Origin: Dendrobates tinctorius
Lineage: Eukaryota
Assembly (NCBI RefSeq): GCF_039654945.1
Contig: NW_027361827.1
Location: 28,458,001-28,522,000 of the forward strand
Direction: 5' to 3'
Length of the DNA: 64,000 nt
The notes under the pieces were generated by a model. It saw only the letters and a list, made by a program, of their open reading frames with translations. It did no database searches and was not told the DNA's origin. Below are positions 60,303 to 64,000 of this stretch, one piece after another. Both the position numbers and the translations under genes were made by a program. Position 1 is the first letter of the stretch, and every line of letters starts with the position of its first letter.

Positions 60303-61157
60303 TGTTAAGAATGAGTCACCGAGGAGGAAAAAACAAAAAGCAAGCTAAGCCCAGAAAACCCGAGAGGTTGGTAACTAGCGGATTGCCGACCCCTGATCCT
60401 ATCCACAACAACTAGCAGTAGCCGTGGAGTGTGCCTACGGTGGTCCTAGATGCCTCGTCATGGCCGGAGAACTAAATAAGCCTAAAGAAAGAAAGGGAAA
60501 ATCTAAACTGCCCCAGAGCAGACCCCAAAGCAATAGACAGCCCCCAACATGTATTGTCGGTGAAACAAGATGAAAGCACAAACACAGATAGAAAGATAGC
60601 CAGTCACAAATGAAAAATTATAACACGGAGTACCGTGAAATTACATAACAACAAACAAGAAAAAAGGTCCTCCAATTAAGATAAAAGATCATATTTTTAT
60701 TAGGACACATAACATGGAATAAAACAGAGTCGGCAGACCATACATGAAATGACAGTGAAACACACAGCCTCTGGGTGAAAAAAATATTTGTTCATAAATG
60801 AAGTAAATACAGTTTTACATAAATGTATAATCTGGCAACAAACAATAATAAGTATCTCTCACAGAGCACATGAAAAATACATGTACACAAATATGTTGTT
60901 GGAAAAAAGTTTTTTATATAGCATACATTAATTTTCAGACATTGCTGGTTTCTCACATTTAATTCTCCTTTTATAAGGAAACTAATCCACAATAGAAAGG
61001 TATAAAAAATATTAATTGATTTTATAAGAAGAAGACAAATGTGAGAAATATATCTCATGCATCAAAAAGCTACATACATAAGTACTCTAGATGACATAAA
61101 TTTCTCACATTAAATCCCTCTCCCAAAGGGAAATATCCCATAGTGCAAAATGCTAGT

Positions 61158-61161
<4 letters not shown>

Positions 61162-61216
<55 letters not shown>
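61162..61216. repeat. (TA)n microsatellite
   Basis: About 27 TA dinucleotides. Confidence 0.97.
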
Positions 61217-61220
<4 letters not shown>

Positions 61221-61399
61221 TTAGGAGAGGGGTAAATGTGAAAAAGTATGTACCTCATGGCTCCAATAGTGGCACATTAATGAAAATCATTACCAGAAAA
61301 AGGATCACCCAGGGTCCCCCTGAAGCACGATTCAATGAGATATCTTCCTCAGAAGGGGTGCTGAACCTCCCATTTCAGTTGGTCACCTTTTTATAATCA

Positions 61400-61934
61400 T
61401 ACAAACAAGTAATGCCAATCACCTGTGAAAGGATCCACCCCCAGGCGTCATCACGGAACCATTATCAAATTTCTACTATGGGTCAGTTGATGATACTTTT
61501 CCTGGTGTCTGCCCCTAATTTTTGGAAATATTTGGACTCAAAGTTGCGTCTCCTTCACGTGTGTTGCCTGAATTTGTCAGGGCTCCAAGAGCACCTGGCA
61601 TATACCTGTCACTCATCCACCTGTTACTGATCTATGTTTAACCTACAAATGCTGGTCTAAGCCCTATTTCAGGCTATGTCCCATGCATACATGCTGCGCA
61701 ATTATACTATTTGTACTCTGGGTCAATTGATGCCACTTTTCCTGGTATCTGAACCTAATTTCAACTGTTTTTGCAGCTCTTTGCCCCTCCCCAAAGGTGT
61801 TGTCTATTTATTTGGTTTTCCCTAACAATCAATTCAATGGAGTTCAGGTATGTTCGATGAACTGTTCAGAGAACATGTTTGGCGAACATCGGGATGTTCT
61901 CCGAAGAAAACCTTGAAAGGTTCACTCATCTCTA
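61400..61934 (-). mobile_element. Opposite terminus of the hAT family that begins at 38148
   Basis: Ends GTTCACTCATCTCTA. GGGTCAATTGATGCCACTTTT (~61720) and AAATTTCTACTATGGGTCAGTTGATG (~61467) are reverse complements of the sequence at 38694-38727. Confidence 0.65.
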
Positions 61935-62149
61935 ATTGTAACACCAAGAAGAAAAAGTTGTGTAAGTATGCAATGCTAAAAATCAACAGACATGTTAATG
62001 ATGAAAAATAGAAAGATATTTTTGAAACATCTTGATTTACTCATTATTGAGAATGAGCACCACAGCTTGGCGTAAGGTTTTTAATTCAAGTCATCAGGAT
62101 TCACTGCTTGCAGATCACTTTGCATTTGTTGACCAATTAGAACCAGATT

Positions 62150-62410
62150 TCTTAATTGGAACACAAGTCTGGAGACATTGCAGACAATGTTAGCAAGATT
62201 AGTCCATGAAGGTTGCTTGTAATAGCATAAGAAAAATGCCCCCTGGCTTTGTCATGTTGAAAAAAGGCTACTTGGATATTTTGGAGAAATGGCAAAACCA
62301 CTAGTTTCATGACTAAATCAATATAATACCAAGTTGTTATTGTACCTTGAATAAAGACTAGACAGGTCCAGCTACCATACAATGTGTCATCCCACACCAT
62401 AACCACTCAG
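62150..62410 (-). pseudogene. Very old Tc1/mariner transposase fragment (catalytic region)
   Basis: VMVW...LVFIQGT...YID...VVLPFL...FFQHDKARGH...SPDL resembles the FQQDNARPH and SPDLN motifs. Confidence 0.7.
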
Positions 62411-62809
62411 AGGAGTGTGATGTTTCCACTTAAAAAATTGTTTTCATTACTTGATCACATTTGAATATCAATACCATGTCTTTCGATCCTGTGATTCCAT
62501 TATTCCACAAGTTTTCCTTGGTAAATAGAAACACCAGCAAAAAATATCAAGTGTCCATGCTATAAGGCGACTCAATATCATACTTCAATAAAGGAGGAAC
62601 GAGTATATATAGCCAAAAGTACAGAGAAAAATTGTATTTATCAAAAGTTGAACTTTAATAAATATTTGTAATACAAACATCATATATTAACAAACATGCA
62701 CGGGCATACATCAATGTCATGTGACTAACTCCATGGGTCAATATAATGACCAGAAAAAGCAGGACCCAAAATTTGAATAACACATGCACCATTCAAAAAA
62801 GATCATATA

Positions 62810-63755
62810 AGGCTGAGTTCACACGTGGCGTTTTTTTCGCGTTTCCGCGGCGGTTTTAACCGCGCGATTTTGCCGCGAAAATGCGAAAAATAAGCATCCC
62901 ATGCATTCCTATGGGATTCCGCAATGCTGTGCTAATGCTGCGGTTTTTACCGCGGCGGAATCGCTTCGCGGTAAAAACCGCAGCATGCTCATTAATTTGC
63001 GGAATCGCGGCGATCCCGCACCCATAGGAATGCATTGTTCCGCTTATTTCCCACATGTGGCTGTGCACACCATGCGGAAAGTAAGCAGAACAATTGCGGA
63101 TGGTACCCATGGTCCGGAGGAGAGGAGACTGTCCTCCGGGCTTTGGGTACCATATCCCTGTAAAAAATAGAATTTAAAAATAAAAAATATTGTTATTCTC
63201 ACCCTCGGGCGTCCCGCGCAGCCTTCCCGCTTCTCTTCACGCTCTCGTTCCCAGTAGTCCTTTGCGAAAGTGCTCGCGATGACGTCCCTTCTCGCGGGAT
63301 CGCGAAGTCTCGCGGTCATTCGCGCGACGTCATCGCGAATTACCGCAAGACGTCGCGATCCCGCGAAAACTGACGTCATCGCGGGCATTTTCGCAAAGGA
63401 TTACTGGGAACGGATGCGCGGGACGTCGGAGGGTGAGAATAACACTATTTTTTATTTTTTTTTACATTCTATCTTTTACTACTGATGCTGCATAGGCGGC
63501 CTCAGTAGTAAAAAGTTGGTCACACTCGTCAAACACTATGTTTGACGAGTGTGACCAACCTGTCAATCAGTTCTCCAAGCGATGCTCCAGATCGCTTGGA
63601 AAATGCTAGCATTTTGCAAGCTAAATACGCTTGCAAAATGCTAGTTTTTCTGCGGGAAAATCGCGGGAATTTAAAATGCGATTTTCCCGCGGACTGGAAT
63701 TCCGGAATTCTCGCGGTAATTTCCGCGAGAGTTCCGGTACGTGTGCACTTAGCCT
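62810..63755. mobile_element. T2/Kolobok-type MITE, related to 11270-12169 in reverse orientation
   Basis: TAAGGCTGAGTTCACACGT...ACGTGTGCACTTAGCCTAA. Shares the hairpin GGTCACACTCGTCAAACA...TGTTTGACGAGTGTGACC. Confidence 0.85.
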
Positions 63756-64000
63756 AAAAGGTTAAAGGTTGTTTAGAGACACATGTTATCCAGCGATAGG
63801 GATTAAACAGTACTGACTTCCCCAGAGCCCACAATTCCTATACCGCTAGGTAAACAACCTCCCATAGACACAAATTAGCACCTTTACAAATGTATAATCC
63901 AGTGCACGGTAAAGGAAAGATTTATAAGAGAATTGGTACAAAATAATTACCCATAGTGGTGTGTATAAAGTCCCGTCTAGACCTTGGTCATATACCCCGA

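Overview
This is eukaryotic DNA made almost entirely of transposable elements. The repeat spectrum (many TTAA-flanked T2/Kolobok-type MITEs, hAT, piggyBac-like, Tc1, L2, CR1, Gmr1-like Gypsy, Neptune-type Penelope, Helitron) suggests an amphibian, probably a frog; this is inference. No host gene could be identified. The main finding is at 14048-15057: three 331-bp units, each carrying a type I hammerhead ribozyme fold on the minus strand, an octamer and a CTCF-like motif. The array is flanked by a perfect 12-bp target-site duplication (TSD) and is circularly permuted relative to the cleavage site. It therefore looks like a satellite-2-like retrozyme inserted from a circular RNA. The window also holds a structurally complete 9.7-kb hAT transposon (18431-28168, TIRs plus 8-bp TSD). 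That element has a ~1180-codon BED-finger transposase broken by two single-base frameshifts, 130-bp tandem arrays on both sides of the gene, and a captured, decayed 18S rRNA fragment. A second, more decayed copy of the family lies at 1-9667 on the minus strand. The right half of the window is a deep nest of insertions. Coordinates were read by eye: TSD-defined ends should be accurate and other ends are approximate.
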